Notes under the pieces: model-generated | The model's input: the letters and a program-made list of their open reading frames with translations, nothing else | Database searches by the model: none | Told to the model about the DNA's origin: nothing | Shown here: positions 24,456 through 36,560 of the stretch, in pieces | How positions within the stretch are numbered: the first letter of the stretch is position 1 | Layout: every line of letters begins with the position of its first letter | Made by a program: the position numbers and the translations under genes | NCBI RefSeq assembly: GCF_006345805.1 | Contig: NC_042999.1 | Span: 173,724,001-173,788,000 of the forward strand | Origin: Octopus sinensis | Taxonomy: Eukaryota | DNA length: 64,000 nt | Direction: 5' to 3'

Positions 24456-24734
24456 ATCGCGACCTGGTGGTTACCGCCCGTTGACAAGGGACAAAAATCC
24501 CGAAACTAGTCCGTGCGTATCACTCAGGCTTGCGAGAAAGGGATGGCCTCCCTTTGCAAATACTTCAAGGGCACTGAAATGGTGTCTAAAGCCAGCTGGA
24601 GACGACGATCTCCTGGGGCTATAGAGCTACAGTAACACCCCCTCCCCTATGTGGTTAGCCATATTAAGATGGCTTCTATACTTTACATTATCGAGCGATT
24701 ACTGTTTACATCTCATTCTGAGATTTAATAATGC
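24456..24734 (+). repeat. Right arm of the 357-bp repeat, part 3' of the LINE (begins with the right TSD copy, 24456-24472)
   Basis: 24456-24685 is the reverse complement of 19132-19361. 24658-24734 repeats 19523-19599 and then stops at (TA)n. Confidence 0.9.
24463..24528 (+). ncRNA. Type I hammerhead ribozyme with a U3-A8 core variant; predicted cleavage after C24511
   Basis: Core TTGACAA (24481-24487); stem II GGGA/TCCC around a CAAAAA loop; GAAA (24502-24505); stem III AC-TA-GT (palindromic ACTAGT); GTC site. Extended, bulged stem I: CCTG/CAGG, GTGG/TCAC, TA/TA, CGCCCG/CGTGCG. Confidence 0.72.
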
Positions 24735-24754
24735 CTATATATATATATATATGT

Positions 24755-25126
24755 TCATCTAAGGCTAGGACTACGTCCCATACATCCTCTACCCAATTCA
24801 GGATTACAACACATAAATACACTGCAACACTATTTCTTTTCCTCAACAGCCCCTGTCATATTTAACATTGTCCCGAAACCGTTAAAAGAAGATAAGGATC
24901 CCATTACTTTTAAAGGGAATCTGACAAATATTCTTCAAGGGATACCAGATAATCCACCTATACCTGCATACAACTCATTCAATAAGAACTCCCTCCTCGA
25001 ATGGGCTATGATACCACAAAACTTGGCTTCAAAATGATTTAGATAATTCTTTCAGGTGGTAGTATTAACTTAGACGTGGCCTGGACCAAGCTTTTGTCGA
25101 AATATATCTAAGTTTATCTAAGTTTA
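24755..25126 (+). mobile_element. CR1-group LINE 3' end
   Basis: HYFFSSTAPVIFNIVPKPLKEDKDPITFKGNLTNILQGIPDNPPIPAYNSFNKNSLLEWA, then a short 3' UTR ending in tandem ATCTAAGTTT. A diverged copy lies at 47350-47690. Confidence 0.75.
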
Positions 25127-25140
25127 CATATATGTGTGCG

Positions 25141-25200
<60 letters not shown>

Positions 25201-25312
25201 AGTGTTAGTGTGTGTGATGTACGTAAGTATGTATATATATATTTACATTTCGTTTTTGGATTTGGTTTTCAAGATTCTTTATGTGAGTTCGTGTGTTGAA
25301 GCATATTGTGTT

Positions 25313-25464
25313 GTGTCTGGAGAGAGTCATTTTCTTTCTGTGCCTTATAATTTAACACACTCACCGCTAAAATTTTAGGAAAATAAAAATAAGAAATAAG
25401 TGGAATTTTTACCGGTGAGTGTTAAATTATAAGGCACAAAATGAAAATGACTCTCCCCAGACAC
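25313..25464. repeat. Imperfect ~60-bp inverted repeat (25313-25374 and 25404-25464)
   Basis: GTGTCTGGAGAGAGTCATTTTC...CTCACCGCTAAAATT versus AATTTTTACCGGTGAG...GACTCTCCCCAGACAC. Confidence 0.8.
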
Positions 25465-25602
25465 GACAAAAGCTTGGTCCAGGCCACGTCTAAGTTAATA
25501 CTACCACCTGAAAGAATTATCTAAATCATTTTGAAGCCAAGTTTTGTGGTATCATAGCCCATTCGAGGAGGGAGTTCTTATTGAATGAGTTGTATGCAGG
25601 TA
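25464..25602 (-). repeat. Exact inverted duplicate of 24961-25099 (139 bp)
   Basis: Base-by-base comparison found no mismatch. Confidence 0.9.
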
Positions 25603-25668
25603 GGTCCCGGGTTGATTCGGGGTTAACCACAGTAAATAAGGTACTCAATACATAGCAGAGTAAAATTA

Positions 25669-25762
25669 ATTTATTATATAGAAGGAGCTTCTACAGGACT
25701 AGAACTGTTTCATTCAAGAGAAATCGAAACAGTTCTAGTCCTGTAGAAGCTCCTTCTATATA

Positions 25763-25768
<6 letters not shown>
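25669..25768. repeat. Perfect 43-bp-arm hairpin with a 14-nt loop
   Basis: 25669-25711 is the exact reverse complement of 25726-25768. Confidence 0.92.
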
Positions 25769-25844
<76 letters not shown>

Positions 25845-28800
25845 GGCTGTAAGCAATCACTAAATATTTCTAAATAATGTCTGTCTTCAGTAGAGATGAG
25901 TACTACAAATCGAAATATAATTCTACATACTGCTATGCGCATATGGTACTTAGTTTGTCATGACACTTTAAAGACATGTATGAAGGAAACGTCGTTAAAT
26001 GACCCCTCTTGAAAGCACTATTCCTTTATTAGTTAATTACATTCAATACACACATACACATTCATATACATATGCACAATATCTTTTAAATGCAGGTGCA
26101 ACAACTTAAGTTTTATGTTCTGACTAAGCTTCTTTCATGTTGGTCCCACTTTTTCTTCTAGTCTCCTAACTGTCTGCTGGTGTGATACTTTATAACGCCT
26201 CTATAATCATTAAGCATTTTATTGAAATGTTTAAGCAGATGCTAAAAGATGGTACACTGTTACTCAACTCTGAGTAAAGGTTTTCCTGTAATCAAAATGT
26301 CTTTACTTAATGAACGTAATTAGGTAAGTTCTGTTTTTTAGTCGTTCGGTTATTAATTGATTTTACGCTCTCTATTCACCTGTTGGATAAAATAGGTTCC
26401 CAAATGATATTCCTCGCCGCTTGACCTTACTAATACTATGGTATTAATAAGTATATTGATATCTAAAACTTGGTTATTGTTAGTGCTATTGCAAAACGGT
26501 ATTATAAAATCTGTATGTATGCATGTATACATGTGTGTATGCCTGTATGCATGTATACATGTGTGTATGCCTGTATGCATGTATACATGTGTGTATGCCT
26601 GCATGCATCTATGTACTTTCCTGTTTTTAAGTATTTGAAATCTTACTATCGGGGGCGGAGCTGGTTTCTTGCAAAGCACCATCGTTGGAATGTAGATAAC
26701 AAAAACAAAGTCACATTTTAAACTAGAGAAGAGATTTGCGTATTTCTATTGTTCCGCTTACAGATTGTATTTGTAACGCGTCTGTTACTTGATTGTGTTT
26801 GCATGTATATTTGCATGTATTCATATAAGGATATGTGTATGTGTGTACATTTTATTTATTAACGTTTGACAATCTTCACATGAGAGAAACAAGTATACAT
26901 TTGCGACATTCAATCTTTTTCTTTAATCACTATTATTTATGTTCCTACAATTAGCATAGAAATCTTTACATAGCTCGTGGTTTCGTCATTCTTATGAATA
27001 CACAATCTATTTTGAATTGAAATTATCTGAAGAAACACCCAGCATTATCTAAACTATTGTGAAAGGAAATCATTATTATTTCAAATGAAATCCTTATTTA
27101 AATAGAATAACAATAAATTGCAATTGAATGTTGAACGATAACGGTAATTTACCCGAATTATAAAAAAGAAACAACAACAATAGATAAGATATAAAGCTTT
27201 CCATTTCCATTAAGTGTAGAATGAAGCAAGATATAGAATGTTAATGACAGGCAATCAGACAATGCAAAATGTGATATAATGAAAAGAAATAAAAAAACAA
27301 CATGTATATCATTGAAAATGAAATAGTGGCCAGTGATATGTATTATGTATAATTTTGTACATGTTATTAATTTATCTGGAACGTAATGGAAACAAAATTC
27401 GTAATGATCATTACAATGTATTTATGAATATGACAGTTTGGTAGAGGATTATGGAAATCCTATGCAATAAATAATTACATTTTTCTTGTTACCTTATACT
27501 CATATTGCTGTATTAGATTTATATAATAGTTTATTTTCACTTGCTTAATGACAGCTATATGAAGTCACGTAATTTATTAATTAGAAAACTATAATTATCA
27601 TTACTATATATTTTGTATGCAATATTCCTTCTACAATGGTACTCAATATTTCTTTTGTATTAATTATTATCCGATAGTAAATTTGCTGAAGCCAAATGAG
27701 AATTGAAATAAGGAAAAAATATTTAATACTGATTGCAACGATTAGTTTGTGTTCGATGCAGATATGTATTAAAATAAAATTCTGAGAGATGATTGGATGT
27801 ATGCATGTAAAAACGTACGTAAATGAACATAAAATCGAGAGTTCATTTATGATTAATATTCACCTAGAAGAGGGAAATATGATATGTGTCGAATTTCAGA
27901 GTTTTAGTCTAATATGTTATTAGGGTTAACCCTTTGTATGTCATATGTAATGACATGGTGTAAGAAATGATCAATTCAATAAATGAAATGAAAATATCTG
28001 AAATATCTTTATGAGGTTTTGGTTCACCACCGATTAGTTTGTATGTAGAAAAGTATTGGATGTAGGTCGAAATCACAGAAAACAAATGAAGTAAAGTAGT
28101 TGAACTGATAATGAAAACCTGTCCCGCACACTCAATTGAACCGTAGTTAATAGTCAATCTGCAGTGCTTGCATTATATCCATAAGTAAAATTCAATATTG
28201 AAGTTCTTGCTATTTGATGTTGTGTCGCCTCATAAAATCTCTTATCTAGCAGTTCTATGGTACAAAATATCAGTTAAATGACTAACTGTTGTCCACATAT
28301 CTATTATTCGTGTTATACCATGACAGAACTTAGCAGAGGCCTATAGTACAAGCAACGACAGATAATGCTGAATCGTACGGGTAACTCACTGAAAAAGTAG
28401 GTGAGTTTTTAGTATCTGAAATGTAATTCTATGCATTTCTTGTTGATTAGTCCAAGTTAACTTTTATTGAGCAGACTTAAGGTCAAAGACATTCCAGCTA
28501 TGAGTATCCTGTCTTTTTGAGTATGAAGAACTACCGTAAAGAATACGTTCTTCGATTTTCAAAACAACAGAGTGCTTATTCGTGAGAACTTTTTTGTTGT
28601 AGTAACAATATATAGGCTGCCACAACATAAACGTATAAGTTGTCGAGAAACCGACAATTGCCGTTCAACTGCCCTCACTTTTGTTTCATATGCGTCTGGA
28701 TGTTTGGGGACGAGTTTTCATATAGTGTCATAGATTAAGAGTTTTTGTTTGCTACAGCTATAAATAATGTTCCTCGTGTGTCTAAATGGTCTGTCACTTT

Positions 28801-29042
28801 GTTTCTTGCTCTATAAGAGTTGTGTATGTTGTATAAGGGTGTGTTTTACGTAGGATGTGTGCGGCACCTAGTAGTGCTATTTTCTGTATCCTATATATAT
28901 ACTTGTAACTCCTGGTTTTTGTCATGAATTTGTCTGAATATTTTTTAGCATACCTAGTGCGCCTACTATATTAGGAATTGTTTGTTTTTAGATTCCACAT
29001 TTGAGTTACTTCTATACATGCATACAAACATGCATACATACA

Positions 29043-29951
29043 TACAGGCTGCGAAGGTCATTTGAGAACACTTAATTATCCTCTCTTCAAACAAAAGTTT
29101 GTTCTTTTTTATTTGAGAGTACTCAATTATACTCTTTTCAAATTAATTTAAAGGTTTTGTTCCTCCCATGACAAAGATAAAATGCTAACAAAAGGAACAA
29201 TAATAAAGATGGTTATCTGTACAGAACACAACCATTATGAAATTTTTCAAATTTTGAAATGTCGGATGGAATCGGAAACGAACTTTAGATATCGGAGTTG
29301 TAGAATTACGGTGTAACAAGGCATTCAGTAGAAATGTTATGTCTTAGTGAGAGGGCAATTCATATTTGCAAAGACAAAAGAAACCTGCCTGGTTCGCGAC
29401 AAGTATGTGTTTAACAAGTTTAAAAGCCCTTATAAGCATGGCATGCTCTGGTACTTCTTGATAAGAAAAAACTTCGACCAAAATAGGAAAAATGACATAT
29501 GCTTATATGCAGATGCTTTTGATGCCCGAAAGATGATGAACACTGTTTCCAACAACTATGACGGACTTAGGACTAGTGAGTAAGGAAAGTCATATCAAGC
29601 TATTTCACATCTTTTCGCTAGACTTTTAAGCCCTGGGCGAATGAAGTACGAAATGGAAGTCCGTTTCAATGTGAATTAGCACTTCTTACAAAGCCCACTT
29701 GACCCAAGAATTTCTCACACAATCTTTACGATGATGTACCATCCAGCTTGTGACATCCGAAACGCGCCAGATTTTAATCCCATCGACTACTACGGTTGGA
29801 GCGTTTTTGAAAGTAGGACTAATCTATATCCTAGCAATACCATTGCTTCACCGAAAGCAGTCAAGTCCAGGCAATGTCCGAAATGAAATGTCAACGATTT
29901 CAATCCCACAATGGCGCAGTCATCGAAGCTAAAGGCGAGTTCATTGAATAA
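29043..29951 (+). mobile_element. Highly decayed maT/DD37D-type Tc1-mariner element
   Basis: TACAGG-type left end; PNAPDFNPIDYYGWSVFESRTN...NTI in the catalytic region; ends like (V)IEAKGEFIE*. Confidence 0.6.
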
Positions 29952-29994
29952 TCTTTAAGAAAGCCTACCGAGAACATGCGCACAATATATTATT

Positions 29995-30021
29995 ATAATT
30001 ATTATTATCATTATTATCATT

Positions 30022-30052
<31 letters not shown>

Positions 30053-30058
30053 TTATTA

Positions 30059-30093
<35 letters not shown>

Positions 30094-30145
30094 TTTAATA
30101 TTATTATTATCATTATTATTATTTTTATTTTTATTATTATTATTT
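29995..30145. repeat. (ATT)n microsatellite
   Basis: Read directly; a second (CAT)n(TAT)n tract lies at 30389-30471. Confidence 0.95.
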
Positions 30146-30147
30146 AA

Positions 30148-30388
30148 TTGTTTTGCACAGCTTCTAACGCTGGATATGTACTACAGTGCCACCTGTTCAC
30201 TACCAGTGAACTAAGATAACACCCTTCATATTTCGAGCACCATCCGGAGTATTCGAGCGGTTCCAAGCAGTGCAGTTTTGTGCAAGTGCTCCACCCTTAT
30301 TGCAGCCCCTATTTATTCCATCTATTTCTCAAGATTTTTACTCGCTGTTCTCAGGGCTGCGGCAATTATTTTCAGTGTCCACAACTGC
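30148..30388 (-). mobile_element. 3' fragment of an R4/Dong-like RLE LINE within a (TAA)n tract
   Basis: Minus strand IIAAALRTASKNLEK*ME*IGAAIRVEHLHKTALLGTARILRMVLEI*, then a short UTR running into (TAA)n. Confidence 0.75.
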
Positions 30389-30406
30389 TCATCATCATCA
30401 TCATCA

Positions 30407-30474
<68 letters not shown>

Positions 30475-31204
30475 GTCATCACCAAAACATTTCGTTTTGC
30501 TATATTAGAGTTTTATTAAAGTGCAAGTCATCCTCAAATACCTCTGGCAACCAGTGTATATACATGAGTGTGCGCGCGTGTGTGTGTGTGTGTGTGACTG
30601 CGTGTGTTATATACGTGTGTGTTAGTGAACAAACGAAATAATTCAGCACTCAATATATTTGGTCAGCTTTACATGCACTTACTATGAGGTTACATGCACT
30701 TAAAAAGAGATCGACTTAATAAGAGGCTGATCGACTTTACTGAAAGTTTCGTTGGCGCGTAGGACAAATCTATTTCATAAGACCTTTGGACGTAGAATGG
30801 AGGGTTTGAAAGATAAGCTAGATGATTTCTGTTTCTTTAGGCCTCTCTTGGTCAATAAAATATAAAGAAACAATGTGATGCGCTTTAGTAGCATTAGTAC
30901 CACGGTGCTCACAAACACAGGCCTCAACAATTAGAAATTTTTTTGAAGTAATTGACTTGTGTGCTATTTAATATACTGTTAGTCGTCTCTGTTCTTCAAA
31001 TACACGCTATTGACCGCATGGCTACTCAGAGGTAGTACTCCAAACAAAATCAATCTGCCAATGAGAAACAGAAACTTTAATAGCATTGATGATATTATTA
31101 TGACTGGTATTATATTACCTTACAATTTCCACAAAGGAAATAAACCGGGCACACACACACACACAGATATATGCATATACATATATATATATGTATATAT
31201 ATAT

Positions 31205-31298
<94 letters not shown>

Positions 31299-31557
31299 GT
31301 GTGTGTGTACATACACACAGACAGTCACTAGAGCAAACGGTCTGATACAACTGGACACAGAAGTAACATCTGTTCCACTGAAGAGAGCCATTTACACCAA
31401 GATCAATAACACTGAATGTCTATCAGAAATTGGAAATACTTTCACAAATTAGATGGAAATTAGGAAATAACAGTATCAGCAACAAGATAAAGTCATATAG
31501 ACGAATAGACGGACAAATAGACAGATCAATATATAAACAGATGGTCAGATTGACAAC

Positions 31558-31882
<325 letters not shown>

Positions 31883-31955
31883 CAGAATGCTGTATACGAT
31901 ACTGAATTGATAGAAAACAGTGATATGCGCACTAAAATATATGCGTGTCTGTGAA

Positions 31956-31994
<39 letters not shown>

Positions 31995-34091
31995 TACATA
32001 ATGCTTATTTCTAGATTTATTGATGCAATGTCTTTATAGCCAGTGACTACGTCCTTAAAAGTGAGACAACTGTCGTTATTTGTCCATTTCCGAAATAAAT
32101 CTCTGGAAGTGATACACAAATCAAATTTATATTTAACCAAGATAATGTTAGTGAGTTTACATTAATGTATACACTTTCATAGGCTTCAATTATTCTTGTT
32201 TGGTTAATGTTCCTCTTATCAAGAACTTAATCATGTCAACATGGCAGATGTATCGAAAGGACTTGCTGGCATTTTTGATTTATTGAACACCGATTCTGGT
32301 TAATGCTTAATTTGGCAGGCACCGTGTATATCTGTCTATCTTACAGTTGAGCACCATCAATATGAAATGATGGATTTATAATTAATGATAGGCATCATTT
32401 GAGAATTTCACAGGAAAGTTTCATAGATCAAGTTATTTAATGTAAACCTTGATACACTTTGATTCTCAACCATATTGAAATGATTGAGAATTCCAATAAA
32501 CGGAAATCTATGTTTAAAGCGCACTAATCTGGCAACATAGTTTCGATCCTAAGCAGAATCTGTCTACATTTATTTTTCGTGTTACGAAGGTGCACGTGCA
32601 AGACATATATTGATTTTACTGTATAAAAGTTTTCAGCAGAACAAGTTTACTTCATTGAGGGAGGAAAGGAACTGGTCGTTTGTGAGATAATTCATCTCGA
32701 ACAGTCATGTTGCTTCCAAAATCTCAACGATTAAGAAAACAGTTGTTTAAAAATCGTATCCTTCATCTTGCTAGATCCCTCTAACATGGTTATGACCACA
32801 GCCATTACATTTGAGATGAAAAACACGAGAGGTATAGGTGAATATTTGTGGGTAGGATAAATTGAAGATTGTGAGAAAACCATTATCCGAGCTGGTGAAG
32901 TTGTTTAGTTTGAAACGTGTGGAAGAATATGCATATGGAGTTATGAAAATATTTTTTAGGAATATTTTTGAGTGGGTGAATTATGGTATTGGAATCAAAA
33001 TGGGTAAGAAATATTTGTTTGCCTTCACTGGAAAACACTTCTTCTCCCCATGCCGGGTAAGTGTGATTGTTTGAAGGTTAATAAAGTTAGAGATTGATTT
33101 GGTAAGGTCTCAAAATGACCTGCTGCAATTCGACAGGTGAAAGCGATTACAGTTCGTACGTTATACGAGAGCATCTTTCACTTTTTGTAACAAGCGTGAT
33201 GATAGGTAGAGTCTCACAGCTTGTGAAGGTGAGTAATATTTCTAGGTTTTCTGCGTGGCTTTCTGTTCCAATCCCGCTGGGTTGTTCTAAAGCGGGGTTC
33301 CGAAAAACAAACCGTTTCTTAGAAACCTCTTGGATTTTTCGAGATAAAATTACTTAAAAACCATAAAAAATTTCTTTTAATTATAAGTTGCATTCACTAT
33401 TTTCAAAAGGAAAATTTTATCAAGTTTTACGTGTGTGTGTGTGTGTTGTGTGTGTGTGTGTTGTGTGTGTGTGTGTGTGTTTTCTTCTCTAACACAATTT
33501 TTGCTTATTTTAATGAGTAAAATTTGGAATAATAGTAGTTGTCCGTAAAATAGTGGGATTGATTCCGCAATCTTTGGAAAATCGAATAAAGGTAACGTGA
33601 CAAAATAACCTTAGGAAAAACGAGTGTTAGGGATATGAAAAGATAGCGGGAACTTTTGTTGTTTCTCTACCGGATGGTGGAGTGTTGTAATGTATTGTTA
33701 TTCATTTAACGATAGAGCAGAGATCCTTTTAAGTGCATAAATGACGGTAGTTTGAAAAGGGCTGCATCAGAGGATGAAAAATAAATTAAGTGTAGTTGTA
33801 ATGTTTCGTTTAGAAATATAGTCCTTCTAACTGGACTAAATTCATGTATATGTGTATACACTCCTCTAATTTCAGCTTTAAAATGTTTACTTAACGTACC
33901 TCCCCAAATATATCAACTTTACAGAATCCTTCAGCCAAGAACTTCTCAAGCATCATAGCTCCACAATCAATACTTCCAGGAGTGACCTTCGAAATTTTCT
34001 GTCCATTTTATATCACAGAAGCAAGTCTATCTCATTTATTAGAAAATATAAAACTGTATAGGTAGACACACACACGCAATATGTGTGTATG

Positions 34092-34126
<35 letters not shown>

Positions 34127-35129
34127 ACTGTTTTCTGTTTGCATGCATGAATGTTTTTGTGTGTGTTATTCTGTTGTTTTAATTTACGTATGTGGGCATA
34201 TGCATATCTTTCTCCAACGTTTTAAATCAGTTCCATTAATGGCTTTTAAGTGTGATTTCCTAATTAACCATATCCTTTCAGATTTAGTAAAGCCAACTTT
34301 CTCAAGACTGTTGGTGAGGCAGATACTTCTGCAAACATGTGCACCAAGAATCACAGGTATAAATCTAAAATTACAGTTTGCCTATAGTTTTCTTCTTCGT
34401 TTGACATACACGTCTTATTTCTTTTACCGATAACAGTTTATTAATATTTGCTGAACAACAGATTTTTAGTGATGTGCCCACATTTCTGTTCCAGGCCATT
34501 ATGTCTGATCTAATGTGTCGACATTTTGCAAAAGAACATTCAGCTAGCATTCTTTCATATTATTGTTGAGTATGATCTCCACATCATTCTAACCTCTATG
34601 CATGCATACACACATACATATGTACATATGTGTGTGTATATATATGTATGTGTGTGTATATAATATATATATATATATATGCACACACATACATAAATGC
34701 TCATAGCATATATATTGATAATTTTTTATAAAGTCAACTAATCTGCTGAATCTAGAATTTCAGAAATGTTTCTTGCTTTTTGATCCATTTGATATAACAA
34801 AAAGAAAAAGTCTTTCTCCTCCCCCTACTATTATAACGTACGAAATAGTTGTAATATGTTTTGATATTTTCATTTCTGTACAATTACAAGCAATGTCATA
34901 AAGTTTATAAAAGGTTTTCTAATACCTGGAAATACTGAATGATTTCTTCCCAAAAATCTAATCCAACGAGAAATAAGATTGCGAGAATATCTTGGCATAA
35001 ATACGTAAGTAATTATAAAGATACGGAGATTTGGGGATTCCATACTGGATGTTATTTCTATAGGGTAACTTTAAATAAAAAAAGATGCAAGAAACAAATG
35101 AATTACTTTTATTAATATAAATCTTTAAC

Positions 35130-36560
35130 ATCAGGTACATTTACTTGTTCATCTGGACTGTATTTAGTGCACATCTTTTCTATGTTCAAAATCAGATTAG
35201 GTTTGTTATTAATCGCACCAGTGAATTAAACTTAAAAAGTGGGACATAACCCTCTTTATAACTTTCCGGAGATTAGGGATTCGAGAACATAGTATGTTCT
35301 TGATCCAGAACCGAGAATAGTCAACTGAATAAAATGTTGAATCTTTCTCAAAATCGGATTGTATATCAATCAAAAACTTGCTTACTAATATCATCAAAAA
35401 GGATTCTTATAACTTATCATTACCTTTGTCCGTTAGATAAGTAATATTAGGAATATTTGAATTCAGATCGGGAGCCGAAGGAAGTTTGTGGTGTTGCATA
35501 AATTCGATCAAACCATTAAAACAAGTATCAAATATTTATTCTTAGAAAGCTAGTTTGCTTGTGTATGCAACTGTATTTGTGCTGAGTGTTCCTTTTGATT
35601 GCATAATTGCCAAAATAACGTATAATTAATGAAATGGGACTTAATAAAATTTACTGACTTTATTACAAGCTGTAATAGAAAATGCAATGGTTTATGAAGA
35701 TATTTAACTGGAGGATGTTGCCTGTAAATTATACAGTAAATCGGAAATGAAGGGGACATTTTCCCTCAAATGTGCAATAAAGCTTCGATATTTGCCTGTC
35801 ATAGCAACTGCACCAGCAGTTGCACAGGCAATTATATTGGGCAGAAGAATTGATTTTTTTTTAATCCAGAAAATCATTAGAATTATATATATTGGAAAAC
35901 CTATGCGATCTCTTGTCATTAATAGCGCAAATAATAACTATTCGCAATATTCCCCATGATGAATATAATTCATACCTAGCAATAGTATCGCCTCATTACT
36001 CGACAGAAGACTTCATCCGTTCGCTGAGCAATCTACTTACTTTGTTTATACATCACCTAACTCTATCATTACTGAGTGAAATATGAGCGATTATATCCTT
36101 AGCCATATTTTTCAAAATAATAAACCGTACTTCTGAAAGAATCAGGGCGACTAATGATTCATCTATGCTATGGTAGTTTCTCATCTTCCTATTATGTTGC
36201 AATTTTTATAACTAACCATCCTCAAATGTTTCTGATTTCTTAAAACTATATTAGATAATTTCTGATGTTTCTGAATTTTTATTTCCGAAACCTTTGAACA
36301 TTGTTGTACCTTGTACGCATATGATCTTTCAACGGGAATGGTTCTGTTGTTTGATTGGAAACGACGTGCTGGCTAAACACACAGGATGTGATATGGGTAT
36401 TGAACAAGCCCATATTAAGGAATGTTGGCGGAGTGATGTCTTGTTGAGGAATACCATTCTAGAGGTAATTTCTTCACATAATATATATCGCTCAACAAAT
36501 TTGATTACTATCCTTGTACACAAATATATATCGTGCATAATAGATCAGCTATGCATGCAG
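35130..36560 (-). pseudogene. hAT transposase remnant (Buster/Charlie, ZBED5/ZBED8-like)
   Basis: HPVCL...HSR (BED-like); IACATAGAVAMTGKYRSFIAHL (decayed DGA motif); YCIIYRQH (CxxH) with LQLVIKSVNFIKS; FWIKN...PNL..VIKRV (dimerisation region). Motifs are in colinear order. Confidence 0.8.

Noticed and set aside
24456-24660. The target repeat as an snRNA, tRNA or telomerase RNA gene (starts ATCGC like U2; CCTGGTGGT resembles a tRNA-Glu 5' end; Sm-like ATTTTTG on the opposite strand)
   Set aside because: No U2 branch-pairing GTAGTA, no cloverleaf or B box, no CTAACCCT template. The Sm-like string is the complement of the hammerhead stem II loop. An Rfam/Infernal search would settle it.
19132-24685. 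A DNA transposon or fold-back element with 230-bp terminal inverted repeats carrying an RT gene
   Set aside because: The apparent TIRs (19132-19361 and 24456-24685) follow from a LINE inserting into one arm of an existing palindrome. The 17-bp TSD and the reconstructed 357-bp period account for them, and no transposase is present.
32830-33360. Possible Penelope remnant
   Set aside because: No RT or GIY-YIG motif could be read convincingly.
33890-34000. Minus-strand open frame ISKVTPGSIDCGAMMLEKFLAEGFCKVDIFGE ending at a GTACGT donor-like site
   Set aside because: Poor acceptor context, an upstream in-frame stop and no recognised homology.
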